From positions 1-52,123 of the forward strand of contig JAEOTC010000113.1 in assembly GCA_016840035.1 (NCBI GenBank): a stretch of 52,123 nt of DNA. The letters are read 5' to 3'. Source of the stretch: Candidatus Hodarchaeota archaeon. Lineage in GTDB: Archaea; Asgardarchaeota; Heimdallarchaeia; Hodarchaeales; Hodarchaeaceae. The notes below the pieces were generated by a model. That model had not been told where the DNA came from. It worked only from the letters and a program-made list of their open reading frames with translations, and ran no database searches. Below, piece after piece: positions 11,356-21,115 of the stretch. A program made the position numbers and the translations under genes. The first letter of the stretch is position 1. Every line of letters starts with the position of its first letter.

Positions 11356-11412
11356 TCCTTGTAAAGGGTAATCGTCATCTCCGTTTTGATTTTTCTAATC
11401 AACAGCTGACTT

Positions 11413-11685
11413 CTAACCTTCAAGACGAGGAATAAGTCCCCAGAGTTCTAATGTTAGGACAAATCCAATTACTAGCATTAATCCAGGTAAATCGTGAAAA
11501 AAGGTTTCTCCGAAAGTGTTTTTACTTACAATATCATTAAAAAGAATGGAAAGAATAATTCCAATAAACCACACGCCCAATCCTGCAATTAGGCCAAAGA
11601 TAAGTTTGTTGGTTGGAGATCTTTGAGACATTCTATAGTAATCTTCGAACGGTTTTGTTATTGGGTTAGAACTCACTAAAATCAC
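11413..11685 (-). CDS. Small membrane protein (2 TM)
   Basis: Two hydrophobic helices; true start uncertain. Confidence 0.6.
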   Translation of the reverse strand: MILVSSNPITKPFEDYYRMSQRSPTNKLIFGLIAGLGVWFIGIILSILFNDIVSKNTFGETFFHDLPGLMLVIGFVLTLELWGLIPRLEG

Positions 11686-11789
11686 CTGATAATACGATCT
11701 ATACGTTCCATTAATATAAGACTTCTTATCAGATCTTCAAATCAAGAATTTAGCAGATGAGAATAGTAGAGTTTTTCACAGGATTATTT

Positions 11790-12365
11790 CTATTCCCGCC
11801 TTTTTATTAGAACAGGCAAGATTAATGCAAGAACAATTAGGATAGAGTAGCCATTCACTTGAGATGAGATTTCTGAAGTACTTACTGACGGAATTTCACC
11901 AACAATATTAACCAAAAAATAGAAAAGATTGTCAGATGCTTCTCGAATTGTTTTAGTATCCGAATAACTTAAACTATTTGGAATGTTATAGGTAGATCCA
12001 TTTATTAGATTGATTTCAAAGTTATAGCCTAATACAGTACCAACCCCATATTCTGGAGTAAAATATACATTGTAAAGATCATTAAAGGATTTGTTTACTT
12101 GTAAAGATGGAAAATGGCAAATGAAAGTTGGTTCCAAAGAGCAATAGTGGAGTAAGACTGAACTAATATCAATATCAAGATTATTAATAATAGTTAAATT
12201 TAAGGGTGTATTTATAAGCAATGAGGATCCATCTGGATCCTGTATTACCGTAAATAAATCAGACTCATCGAAACCAGCACTGGTTTGAAAACCCATGATG
12301 GTTCCAATGATTATCCCCACTAATATAAGCAAATTTAGCTTTTTTAGCATACAGGTATCTCTCAA
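11790..12365 (-). CDS. Secreted, C-terminally anchored surface protein
   Basis: Signal peptide, C-x7-C pair, S/T-rich linker, NGY + TM helix + KRRE tail. Confidence 0.8.
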   Translation of the reverse strand: MRDTCMLKKLNLLILVGIIIGTIMGFQTSAGFDESDLFTVIQDPDGSSLLINTPLNLTIINNLDIDISSVLLHYCSLEPTFICHFPSLQVNKSFNDLYNVYFTPEYGVGTVLGYNFEINLINGSTYNIPNSLSYSDTKTIREASDNLFYFLVNIVGEIPSVSTSEISSQVNGYSILIVLALILPVLIKRRE

Positions 12366-12374
12366 TGTTGAAAC

Positions 12375-13682
12375 TCACTTGGTTTTCTTCTTAACCCTTC
12401 TTCGTTTCTGTACGAACAGATGAACAGATAGTAGACCAAGAATTAAGAATATCCCATTAAATCCAAAGGAAACTGATGAACTAGTTTCTTCACTCATATT
12501 CGCTCCTAAAAGAGATGAATATGATATCGTTTTCCCTGCGACATCCGTTGCTGTAACTTCGACATATAGACGATCATGATCTGAAAAGGTATTATCTTTA
12601 AGTTCGATATAACCAATAAATTGGTTCACATGATCCTCAGATCGGGTTATGTTACTCACCGTATAACCTCCAAGTCTACCCTCTTCTTTTAGTACTATTT
12701 TGACCTCTGCAATACATGTATCGTCAGTTAATTCAACTGTGATTGTGTAAAGATAGTAAGATGGTTGACTAGGGATTTCAACAGGTTGAATTATCACATT
12801 GGTGACTTCAGGAAGTTCTACATCTTCTGTTACTAATTCTACCGCAAAATTTATGGGAGTGGTTACAAATGTATTCCCTCGATAGTCTTTAGCACCAATT
12901 GAAACCTCTACATAATCGGTATTGTACAATTGAACAGGATTGATCCCTAAAGTTAGATCCAATCCTCCATTCTCTTTTTGATTTACATAATAAATTTTGG
13001 TTCCTGCTAAGTTTTTTACATTTACGTAAACTTTTTCTAACGCAAGATTGTCAGTAACATTTACTGCCTGAATTTTCACTTTATTGTTATCAAAAGATAA
13101 AGTTGGAGTTAATGCAGTAATTGAAGGACTTTCAATTACTGGAGCTGCTGCATCTGGATCAATTAATTGGTCTAACGCATTTATCACCCCATCATAGTAG
13201 AATCCAACTTCAGAATAAGCGATATATCCCGTTTGATTTATTATATACATGGTAGGGATAGCTCCTGACCCATAATCCTTGTTCATATTGGATTCATCTA
13301 GTGTAACAAGCCAGGACATTCTGTACCTTTGAGAGAACGCTTTTACTAGGTCATAGGATTCATTACTGACACCTATTGAAATTATTTGGAGATCAGATGG
13401 AGAATAGGATTTTTGTATCCGTTTAATGTATGGCATAGCATCTATACATGGACCACACCAAGTAGCAAAAAGATCAAGCATAACCACTTTGCCTAAATAA
13501 TCTGATAATTGTGAGCTTGTGTTTGTCTTAATATCAACTATATCAAAGTTGGGAGCGTATCCTCCTACAGGGCGTGGATTATATTGAGCAATAATCGTGG
13601 GAGTCAAGGAATTTAATGCCGTTAAAACAAGGGCTAGTAATGTAAAAACCTTGATGCTTTTCTTTAGTATCATAAATATCAA
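12375..13682 (-). CDS. Surface-anchored TlpA/redoxin-family thiol-disulfide oxidoreductase with beta-rich C-terminal domains
   Basis: Signal peptide, APNF, DLFATWCGPC, cis-Pro AIPT, C-terminal FGF + TM + poly-basic tail. Confidence 0.88.
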   Translation of the reverse strand: MIFMILKKSIKVFTLLALVLTALNSLTPTIIAQYNPRPVGGYAPNFDIVDIKTNTSSQLSDYLGKVVMLDLFATWCGPCIDAMPYIKRIQKSYSPSDLQIISIGVSNESYDLVKAFSQRYRMSWLVTLDESNMNKDYGSGAIPTMYIINQTGYIAYSEVGFYYDGVINALDQLIDPDAAAPVIESPSITALTPTLSFDNNKVKIQAVNVTDNLALEKVYVNVKNLAGTKIYYVNQKENGGLDLTLGINPVQLYNTDYVEVSIGAKDYRGNTFVTTPINFAVELVTEDVELPEVTNVIIQPVEIPSQPSYYLYTITVELTDDTCIAEVKIVLKEEGRLGGYTVSNITRSEDHVNQFIGYIELKDNTFSDHDRLYVEVTATDVAGKTISYSSLLGANMSEETSSSVSFGFNGIFLILGLLSVHLFVQKRRRVKKKTK

Positions 13683-13718
13683 ACTTCAGAAATAAGATTA
13701 AAAATCATTCACTTACTA

Positions 13719-14273
13719 GTGTTAAGTGATTACTTGATGGTGGATCTTATTCAGTTTTTACGAGAAGAAATCTCTCTTGACAAGAACCTCTGGCTTTTAT
13801 CACAGGTGGAACGTTATCTCATTCGTTTTCAAACTGAGATCCATAACTGGCCACAGTCAAGGGATCGAATTGTGAAATCAACACTACCTAATCTATTAGG
13901 TATTGGGGAAGGAAGTACACCTGAATCTGATGACTTGTTTCTGGGAATTATTGCAACAATGAAGATCAAAGAGTCTTCAATTAGGGGATTCTTAAGTGAA
14001 ATGTCGATAATCAAATACGAAGACTATACTACTAAGAAAAGTGCATATTTAATTCGATGTTTTCTACGTGATAATTTTCCTGATGAACTAAAGGAATTTA
14101 CTGATTTTCTAGCACTAGAATCGCAAGACTCACTTCACGTTAAAGATTTAAAATCAACAATAAAAAGAATAAAGAGAATTGGAGCATCTTCTGGCTACAC
14201 GTTCTTATCTGGGTGCCTCTGGCAATTACAGTATTATGAAAATCACAGGCAAAATTTGATAGTTAAATTCTAA
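13719..14273 (+). CDS. DUF2877-like protein (short, C-terminal part only)
   Basis: LLGIGEGSTPESDDLFLG and IGASSG match the family pattern GxGxGxTPxxDD / GxxSG. Confidence 0.7.
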   Translation: MLSDYLMVDLIQFLREEISLDKNLWLLSQVERYLIRFQTEIHNWPQSRDRIVKSTLPNLLGIGEGSTPESDDLFLGIIATMKIKESSIRGFLSEMSIIKYEDYTTKKSAYLIRCFLRDNFPDELKEFTDFLALESQDSLHVKDLKSTIKRIKRIGASSGYTFLSGCLWQLQYYENHRQNLIVKF

Positions 14274-14298
14274 ACAATTCAAGAATGAGTGTGGATAT

Positions 14299-15342
14299 AT
14301 GAAAGCGGTTTTATTACATGAACATGGAGCTATTAAAAATTTAAAATATGAAGATTTCCCAACGCCTGAACCAAAGGCTACAGAAGTACTTGTAAAGGTT
14401 GAAGGTGTAGCATTAAATCACTTGGACTTATTTGTAAGAAAAGGGTTGCCAGGACTAAAATTAGAAATGCCCCATATTCTGGGATCAGATATCAGTGGAA
14501 CTATTGCCGAACAAGGATCATCTGTTTCAGAATCGTCCCTTACAATGGGGCAAGGTGTTGTAATAGATCCTGGTCTATATTGTGGTACCTGTGAGTTCTG
14601 CTGTCAAGGACAACATTCGTTATGCAATACATATGGAATTCTTGGAGAGCATTCTCGAGGAGGATACGCGGAATATATAGCTATCCCCGCTTCTCAAGTA
14701 ATTCCTGTACCTAAGACATCTCCAATTAGTCTTTTGGATGCATCTGCTGTACCTTTAACCTTTATGACAGCTTACCACATGTTAATGGATCGTGCGAGAA
14801 TTAAACTAGGAGAAGATGTGCTGATTACGGGGATTTCCGGAGGAGTTGCCCTTGCAGCGTTACAAATAGCTAAAACTGTTGGTGCGAGGACATTTGTGAC
14901 TTCCTCATCTAATGAAAAACTCCAACAGGCAAAGGAGTTAGGGGCTGATTTTCTAATTAACTATACCGAAACACCTGATTTTCATAAAGAAATTTTCAAA
15001 ATGACTCATAAAAGAGGAGTAGATATAGTCATCGACTCGGCAGGCCAAGCTACTTGGCAGAAAAGCATGCGTTCCTTACGTAAAGGGGGACGCTTAGTTA
15101 CTTGTGGAGCAACTACAGGTCCAATCGCCGAAACCAATATTAATCTATTATTTTGGAAACAATTTGATCTTCTTGGATCTACTATGGGAACTCGTGGGGA
15201 TTTGAACGCAGTTCTTGAGCTTGTCTGGCAAGGAAGATTGAAACCAATTGTGGATCGTGTACTTCCCCTTGAAGAAGCTCAGTTTGCACATACGTTATTA
15301 GAAAACGGTGATCATTTCGGTAAGATAATTTTACAACCATAA
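14299..15342 (+). CDS. Zinc-binding MDR alcohol dehydrogenase/quinone reductase-like protein
   Basis: LNHLD, PHILGSD, structural Zn site CGTCEFCCQGQHSLC, GISGGVA, GSTMG, FGKIIL. Confidence 0.92.
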   Translation: MKAVLLHEHGAIKNLKYEDFPTPEPKATEVLVKVEGVALNHLDLFVRKGLPGLKLEMPHILGSDISGTIAEQGSSVSESSLTMGQGVVIDPGLYCGTCEFCCQGQHSLCNTYGILGEHSRGGYAEYIAIPASQVIPVPKTSPISLLDASAVPLTFMTAYHMLMDRARIKLGEDVLITGISGGVALAALQIAKTVGARTFVTSSSNEKLQQAKELGADFLINYTETPDFHKEIFKMTHKRGVDIVIDSAGQATWQKSMRSLRKGGRLVTCGATTGPIAETNINLLFWKQFDLLGSTMGTRGDLNAVLELVWQGRLKPIVDRVLPLEEAQFAHTLLENGDHFGKIILQP

Positions 15343-15366
15343 TTATAGACTAAAGGAGATTAAACA

Positions 15367-16314
15367 ATGAATCCATCATATGGAATACAATTAGAACCCC
15401 AATTTGGATATACAAAGGAAAATATTGATAAATTAGCTTCAGCTATTGAGACAAGTAAATTTGATACTATCTGGGTTTCAGATCACATGTTCTTTGATAA
15501 GCAGGCTGTAGAAAAAAGCGCTTTTGATGCATTAACGGTAATGACTTATTTATTGAGTAAATACCAGCAATTAAGGGTAGGTTCTCTCGTATTTTGTAAT
15601 TCCTATCGTCATCCGAGTATTATGGCAAAGAAGATTACTAGTCTTGATAATTTATCAGAAGGTCGGTTAGAAGTCGGATACGGAGCAGGATGGAAAGAAG
15701 TGGAATATCAAGCCTATGGAATCCCTTTTCCTTCAGTGAAAACTCGTTTGGAGCAGCTAGAAGAAGGTTTACAAATTTTCTTAAAGTTATGGGGATCTGA
15801 TGAAAAAGCATCATTTGAGGGAAAACATTATTCCTTACATGAAGCATTGTGTTATCCAAAACCCTTTCAGAAACCCCATCCTCGAATTTGGATCGGAAGT
15901 ATGACAGGTGGAAAGAAGATGCTCCAAATTGCTGCAAAATATGGTGATGGGATTAATCTAGCATGGGCTTTCTCTGTTTCTAAATTGGGCAGAATATTTA
16001 GTCAATTGGATGAGTACACGAGCGAATTAGGTAAGCAACCCCTTCGTCGATCAGTTGGTTTTTGGGTACAAGTTTATTCAGATCAAGTAGAGATGGTTAA
16101 AGGAATAGAACAGGAAGCAAAAAAACGGAACATTTCAATTGATGAATATAAACACCGTTTAAAAGGAGCTTTGGTTGGAACACCGGAGGATTTGATCGAG
16201 AAACTTCAGGAATATCAAAAGCTGAATATTTCTCATTATATCTTTATGTTTCCTCATCAAAAGGAAAGTGAATATATTCGTATATTTGAGGAGGAAATTC
16301 TCCCAGCTTTATAA
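15367..16314 (+). CDS. LLM-class (probably F420-dependent) oxidoreductase
   Basis: WVSDH, YRHPS, GRLEVGYGAGW, PKPFQKPHPRIWIG; GGAG RBS. Confidence 0.9.
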   Translation: MNPSYGIQLEPQFGYTKENIDKLASAIETSKFDTIWVSDHMFFDKQAVEKSAFDALTVMTYLLSKYQQLRVGSLVFCNSYRHPSIMAKKITSLDNLSEGRLEVGYGAGWKEVEYQAYGIPFPSVKTRLEQLEEGLQIFLKLWGSDEKASFEGKHYSLHEALCYPKPFQKPHPRIWIGSMTGGKKMLQIAAKYGDGINLAWAFSVSKLGRIFSQLDEYTSELGKQPLRRSVGFWVQVYSDQVEMVKGIEQEAKKRNISIDEYKHRLKGALVGTPEDLIEKLQEYQKLNISHYIFMFPHQKESEYIRIFEEEILPAL

Positions 16315-16324
16315 TATAATTGCA

Positions 16325-17095
16325 TCAATTGTTTTTGTTGGAAATAAAAGTTTTAAGTTCTAGATACAATTTTTCTAACGTACCTGATCTGTCTATCGGA
16401 AATTCAGGTTTTTCGCGATCAAGCTCCGTCGTAATAATTTTGTCTGGAGCAGTATCTGTTTCAATAAAATATGTTTTAATTCCAAGTTTCCCTGCGATCA
16501 TATCATTAACCCTATCGTTTCCAATCATCACACATTCTTCAGGAGATTTGTTTATTCTCTTCAAAACCTCTTTATAGTATGATAGATTTGGTTTGGCATT
16601 GTAATATTCATCTGCAACGGTAATCTCTAACCAGGGAATCTTTGTTAATCCGATATTCCCCCAATTAAGCCGTTTTTCTGTTGCAACTCGTGGAAATAAA
16701 GGATTGGTTGCCGCAACTATATCAAAATGTTGAGAGACTAACTCGATTAAAGCTTCTGCGCACGGTGCAGGAGTGATTACTTGGGATAATTGATCAAATT
16801 GTGTGTTATAGAACTGTAAAAATCGTTTAACAATTTCTTCTGAAGGAAGATTTACTCTTGGACTAAAGTGAACGGCAAATTTTTCGAGGTTCGTTAACCC
16901 GTTAGGTTCCTTCTTTAACATCATGTGAGTTGAGGATAAAAATAATTTCATAAATTCTTCATAAGATGGAATCTCATTCCTGAAGTACGCATGAATGTTC
17001 TTTCCATACAAAGGAATGAACTCTTGTTCATCAAACACTATCAAAGTATTGTCCAAGTCGAATAATAACGTAGTAATTTCATTCCAATCTATCAT
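16325..17095 (-). CDS. HAD-superfamily hydrolase
   Basis: LFDLDNTL, ATNP, AKP, MIGNDRVND; ATG 17095 preferred as start. Confidence 0.9.
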   Translation of the reverse strand: MIDWNEITTLLFDLDNTLIVFDEQEFIPLYGKNIHAYFRNEIPSYEEFMKLFLSSTHMMLKKEPNGLTNLEKFAVHFSPRVNLPSEEIVKRFLQFYNTQFDQLSQVITPAPCAEALIELVSQHFDIVAATNPLFPRVATEKRLNWGNIGLTKIPWLEITVADEYYNAKPNLSYYKEVLKRINKSPEECVMIGNDRVNDMIAGKLGIKTYFIETDTAPDKIITTELDREKPEFPIDRSGTLEKLYLELKTFISNKNN

Positions 17096-17286
17096 GGTCA
17101 GAACTGATCCAATTTGCACCCAGAAAATCACGTAATATATATTTTATTTTAGAAAATCAAAAATTCTACCCCTTCCCACTATAATCCCCGCTTCTCTGTT
17201 CCTTTCTGTGTATAACAAATGGTTTATTAAGAAATTACTGACAAGCCAGTAATGTACGAGAAATAGAATAAAAAGATGTTAGAAAA

Positions 17287-18849
17287 ATGACAAGTCCACA
17301 AATACCAGTTTCAAGAAAAGTTTCAAGTGCCTTAAAATTCACTGCTGAGAAAGTGAGCGTATATCCAAAACACACAGTTATTCTTTCACCAGAAACTGGA
17401 TTATTTAAAGGGAGTTTTAAAAACCCCCAAATTCAATTGATATCTCCAACTCAAACAGTCTTTACAGAACATATTGTTATTTCAGATCATGTCCCTGTTG
17501 ATAAAATTTGGGTTTCAAGTGAGATGCTTAATGAATTAGATGCGGAGGATGGAGATACAGTTCAAGTGTTACCATTAAGTCGGACCCCCCCTGATTCATA
17601 CTACTTAATCCGAAAACGAATGATGCAAAGAAGACCATTCAAAAAGAATGAAATAGAACAGGTCGTTAACGACATAGCTTATCATAGACTGAATCAACTC
17701 GAAAAGGCAGCGTTTGTATTATCTTCAATTTTTGAACCATTTAGTATGGATGAGATTGAAGAATTGACTAGAGCAATGGCACAAACAGGAGAAATGATAG
17801 ATTTCGGACAACACACAGTATTCGATAAACACAGTACAGGTGGAGTACCTGGTAACAAAGTAACGTTATTAATTGTACCTATTATAGCTGCTTCAGGATT
17901 ACTTATACCTAAAACAAGTAGTCGTGCTATTACTAGTCCTTCCGGAACAGCTGATACCATGGAAGCATTAGGCTGTGATGTGATCTTCACGGCAGATGAA
18001 TTAGTCGAAATTTCGAAAAAGACTAAAGGTATGATTGTTTGGGGTGGTGGTTTTAATCTAGCACCAGCTGATGACATTTTAATCAAGGATGTTGAATTTC
18101 CACTGGGAGTAAACCCTACTTCTATGATGTTAGCTTCAATCATGTCTAAAAAAGTTGCTACAGGAATTCATTTTCTTGTTATGGACTTACCTACAGGATT
18201 AGGTACAAAAATTTCCGATATTGGAACAGCACAATTATTAGGCCGAGAGTTTGCCGAATTAGGCAGACGTTTAGGAATTAGAGTAGAAAGTGGTATCACA
18301 TTCGGAGCTTCTCCTGTTGGACACACAGTAGGTAGCGCTTTGGAAGCTCAAGAGGCATTACAAACATTAATCGATCCAAAACTAGGTCCTTCAAGCTTAG
18401 TTGAAAAATCATGCGAGCTTTCTGGAATATTACTAGAAATGGCTGGAAAAGCCCTTCGGGGCCAAGGTAGAGAATTAGCAAAACAGCTTCTCTATAGTGG
18501 TAAGGCACTAGATAAGTTTCGAGAGATTATCGAAGCCCAATCTGCAAATCGTGATATGATGCCAGATGATATTCCTATCGGTCAGCATTCAGTAGAAATC
18601 TTAGCTCCTTCTTCTGGCTGGATTGTACAGATTGATAATGCAAAAATTGCCGAAATAGCTAGAACAGCTGGATGTCCAAAAGACAAAGGAGCCGGAATCG
18701 TATTCTTAAAAAAGAAAGATGCAGTTAAAAGAGGCGAATCGCTAATTCGTATCTATTCTTCATCTGAATCGAGACTTTCTGCCGCTGAAGGGAAATTTGC
18801 AAAGCTCAATCCCATTACTATTGAAGGAATGTTAATGGGTAGAGTTTAA
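17287..18849 (+). CDS. deoA: AMP phosphorylase / thymidine phosphorylase family protein, paralogue 1
   Basis: Archaeal N-terminal extension, DKHSTGGVPGNK, PKTSSRAITSPSGTAD, LASIMSKK, C-terminal AGCPKDKGAG. Confidence 0.9.
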   Translation: MTSPQIPVSRKVSSALKFTAEKVSVYPKHTVILSPETGLFKGSFKNPQIQLISPTQTVFTEHIVISDHVPVDKIWVSSEMLNELDAEDGDTVQVLPLSRTPPDSYYLIRKRMMQRRPFKKNEIEQVVNDIAYHRLNQLEKAAFVLSSIFEPFSMDEIEELTRAMAQTGEMIDFGQHTVFDKHSTGGVPGNKVTLLIVPIIAASGLLIPKTSSRAITSPSGTADTMEALGCDVIFTADELVEISKKTKGMIVWGGGFNLAPADDILIKDVEFPLGVNPTSMMLASIMSKKVATGIHFLVMDLPTGLGTKISDIGTAQLLGREFAELGRRLGIRVESGITFGASPVGHTVGSALEAQEALQTLIDPKLGPSSLVEKSCELSGILLEMAGKALRGQGRELAKQLLYSGKALDKFREIIEAQSANRDMMPDDIPIGQHSVEILAPSSGWIVQIDNAKIAEIARTAGCPKDKGAGIVFLKKKDAVKRGESLIRIYSSSESRLSAAEGKFAKLNPITIEGMLMGRV

Positions 18850-18900
18850 TATCATTATTTTCCTTCCTCATTTTTCGAGGTTTTTTTCCTTTAAGGTCCT

Positions 18901-18917
18901 GAAAAAGTTTAAATATA
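18901..18917 (+). promoter_or_regulatory. Candidate archaeal BRE-TATA element in the spacer between the AMP phosphorylases
   Basis: GAAAAAG directly followed by TTTAAATA. Confidence 0.4.
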
Positions 18918-19043
18918 TTCTACATGAAAAAATAGAGTAATTTCATATTTGAGGTAATTTCCCTGTAATTCTTTGTTTAATACGATTACAATCCGAAACA
19001 CATTCTTTCGTATTATGGTAATCATACAAAAATTACGAAAGCA

Positions 19044-19074
19044 TTAGGTATTAAACCTAATCTTTTCTTTTTTT
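19044..19074 (+). terminator. Hairpin followed by a T-rich tract
   Basis: TTAGGT-attaa-ACCTAA followed by TCTTTTCTTTTTTT. Confidence 0.4.
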
Positions 19075-19527
19075 ATACATCATACTCTTATGAACAACCC
19101 CTAATTGCAGAAATTCTACAATTTGTAAGCTTAAAACTTCAAATCAAATTTCTTCTTGAATCATATAATTGGTGCTTACGTAAAGTCTCTTGTAATGCGA
19201 TTCACCTTCAGAATAGGTTTCTATACTGCAGGAAATACGCTCCAGAATACTATCATTTTTCTCTCCTCCTTTTTGTTGGCTATTTAATATGATTTCATCT
19301 CAGAGAAGAAATGGAATTTCCTGAAAAGAAACCTGTAAAAAGGGTTAATGATTTACGAAAATAATAAGTTAGTAAAGAGTATTCACTATAGAAAACGAGT
19401 TCTACGAATCTTTCCTTATTCCCTAAGAAATTGAGCTAAACATGTCCTCATGAACCACAGGAAAGATTTAGTATTCTAAGGGTGTGAATTTCCTCTTACT
19501 CCGATGTAGAACAAGGAGATAAATAAT

Positions 19528-21036
19528 ATGATATTAACCGTTAAAGAAATACCTTTAGATTCACCCTTTGCATTTGTCAATGAGCAGAATTTTCCAAAAA
19601 CCATAACCTATCCCTGTCAGCTGCGAATATCTCATGATAGTACGTATTTTCCAATTCAAGCGTACTTAACAAGTCAATATGTCGAAAAAGGGGAAATAGG
19701 TTTATCTGAATCAGTAATAAAACAGTATGGGTTATTGGAAGGGATGGAAGTTGATGTACAAACCAGAAAAACTTTTGATTCCGTTGCACATAGACTTATT
19801 ATTGATAAGGTCGAAGGAAAAACACTAAATAAAGAAGATATGGATACAATTACCCAAGGATTCATGAATGCAGAAATTTCACCTTCCCATTCTTCTGCCT
19901 TCTTATTGAGCCAACACTTCACAGAATTTTCTCTTGATGAAATTGAAGCAATGGCGCGCTCTTTTGCAGATTCAGGAAAAATACATGATTTCTCTGCCCC
20001 TGTATTTGATAAACACAGTATCGGTGGGGTTCCAGGCAATAAAATCACGTTATTAATCGTTCCGATCCTTGCAGCTGCAGGTTTACTTATTCCAAAAACC
20101 TCTACTCACGCAATAACGTCTGCTAGTGGTACTGCTGATACTATGTCCGTTTTGGCTCCAGTAGAGTTAAATGCTGATGAAGTATTTGAGTTAGTGAAGA
20201 AAACCAAAGGGTGTATTGTTTCTGGCCGCGATATGGGAATTGCACCTGTTGTTGACCGAATTATCAAGGAAGCGGCATTTCCTCTTGGAATCGATCCCGA
20301 ATCATTATTTCTAGCTGGAATTTTAGCCAAGAAATTGGCAATGGGAGTTGATTTCATGTGTTTGGACATACCTGTAGGAGGAGGTACAAAGGTAGAAAGC
20401 GAAGCAGATGGTCGTGAGTTAGCACGGTTATTTGTTAGTTTAGCTGCCAGATTAGGAATTAAAGCAGAAGCAGGATTAACCTACGCTAATGTGCCCGTAG
20501 GTCATAGTATAGGACCAACATTAGAAGCTGCTGAAGCATTAGATGCATTAGCGGGAAAAGGCCCAACATCTCTAGTGGAAAAGAGCTGTGAACTCGCAGG
20601 AATAATCTTTGAATTAGCAGGAATGACAGGACGTGGTCTTGGTAAACCGTATGCAGCTGATATTTTGCAAAGTGGTAAAGCTTTGAAGAAGATGCGGGAA
20701 ATTATTGAAGGACAAGGTGGGGATCCTAGTATAACTGCTGCACAGCTTCGTGATCAGCTCTCTGATAAACCATTTTTGTCTTATCAGGCTCCTGGAGATG
20801 GTTGGCCTCATACATGGAATAATTATGCTTTAAAAGAGATAGCTCGTGCTGCTGGGGCTCCTGGTGATTGTTTAGCAGGAATTCAAATCCTATCCAAGAA
20901 AGAATCTGTTCGGAAAGGTGAGGAAGTCTTTCGTGTGTATGCCTCCTCTGATTCTGCTTTGGATGAAGTAAGGGGACTCATCGTAAAACTGAGGCCTGTA
21001 ATCGTTGAAAGTGTTCTTCTGGAAAGAGTAGCGTAG
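19528..21036 (+). CDS. deoA: AMP phosphorylase / thymidine phosphorylase family protein, paralogue 2
   Basis: DKHSIGGVPGNK, PKTSTHAITSASGTAD, PLGIDP, AGAPGDCLAG; AAGGAG RBS. Confidence 0.9.
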   Translation: MILTVKEIPLDSPFAFVNEQNFPKTITYPCQLRISHDSTYFPIQAYLTSQYVEKGEIGLSESVIKQYGLLEGMEVDVQTRKTFDSVAHRLIIDKVEGKTLNKEDMDTITQGFMNAEISPSHSSAFLLSQHFTEFSLDEIEAMARSFADSGKIHDFSAPVFDKHSIGGVPGNKITLLIVPILAAAGLLIPKTSTHAITSASGTADTMSVLAPVELNADEVFELVKKTKGCIVSGRDMGIAPVVDRIIKEAAFPLGIDPESLFLAGILAKKLAMGVDFMCLDIPVGGGTKVESEADGRELARLFVSLAARLGIKAEAGLTYANVPVGHSIGPTLEAAEALDALAGKGPTSLVEKSCELAGIIFELAGMTGRGLGKPYAADILQSGKALKKMREIIEGQGGDPSITAAQLRDQLSDKPFLSYQAPGDGWPHTWNNYALKEIARAAGAPGDCLAGIQILSKKESVRKGEEVFRVYASSDSALDEVRGLIVKLRPVIVESVLLERVA

Positions 21037-21115
21037 GTTCTATTATCTAAGTTACTCTGAAAACTCTTTATTGAGTCCGTTATATAACATATGGATTGTA
21101 TGTAAAAAAACGAAT

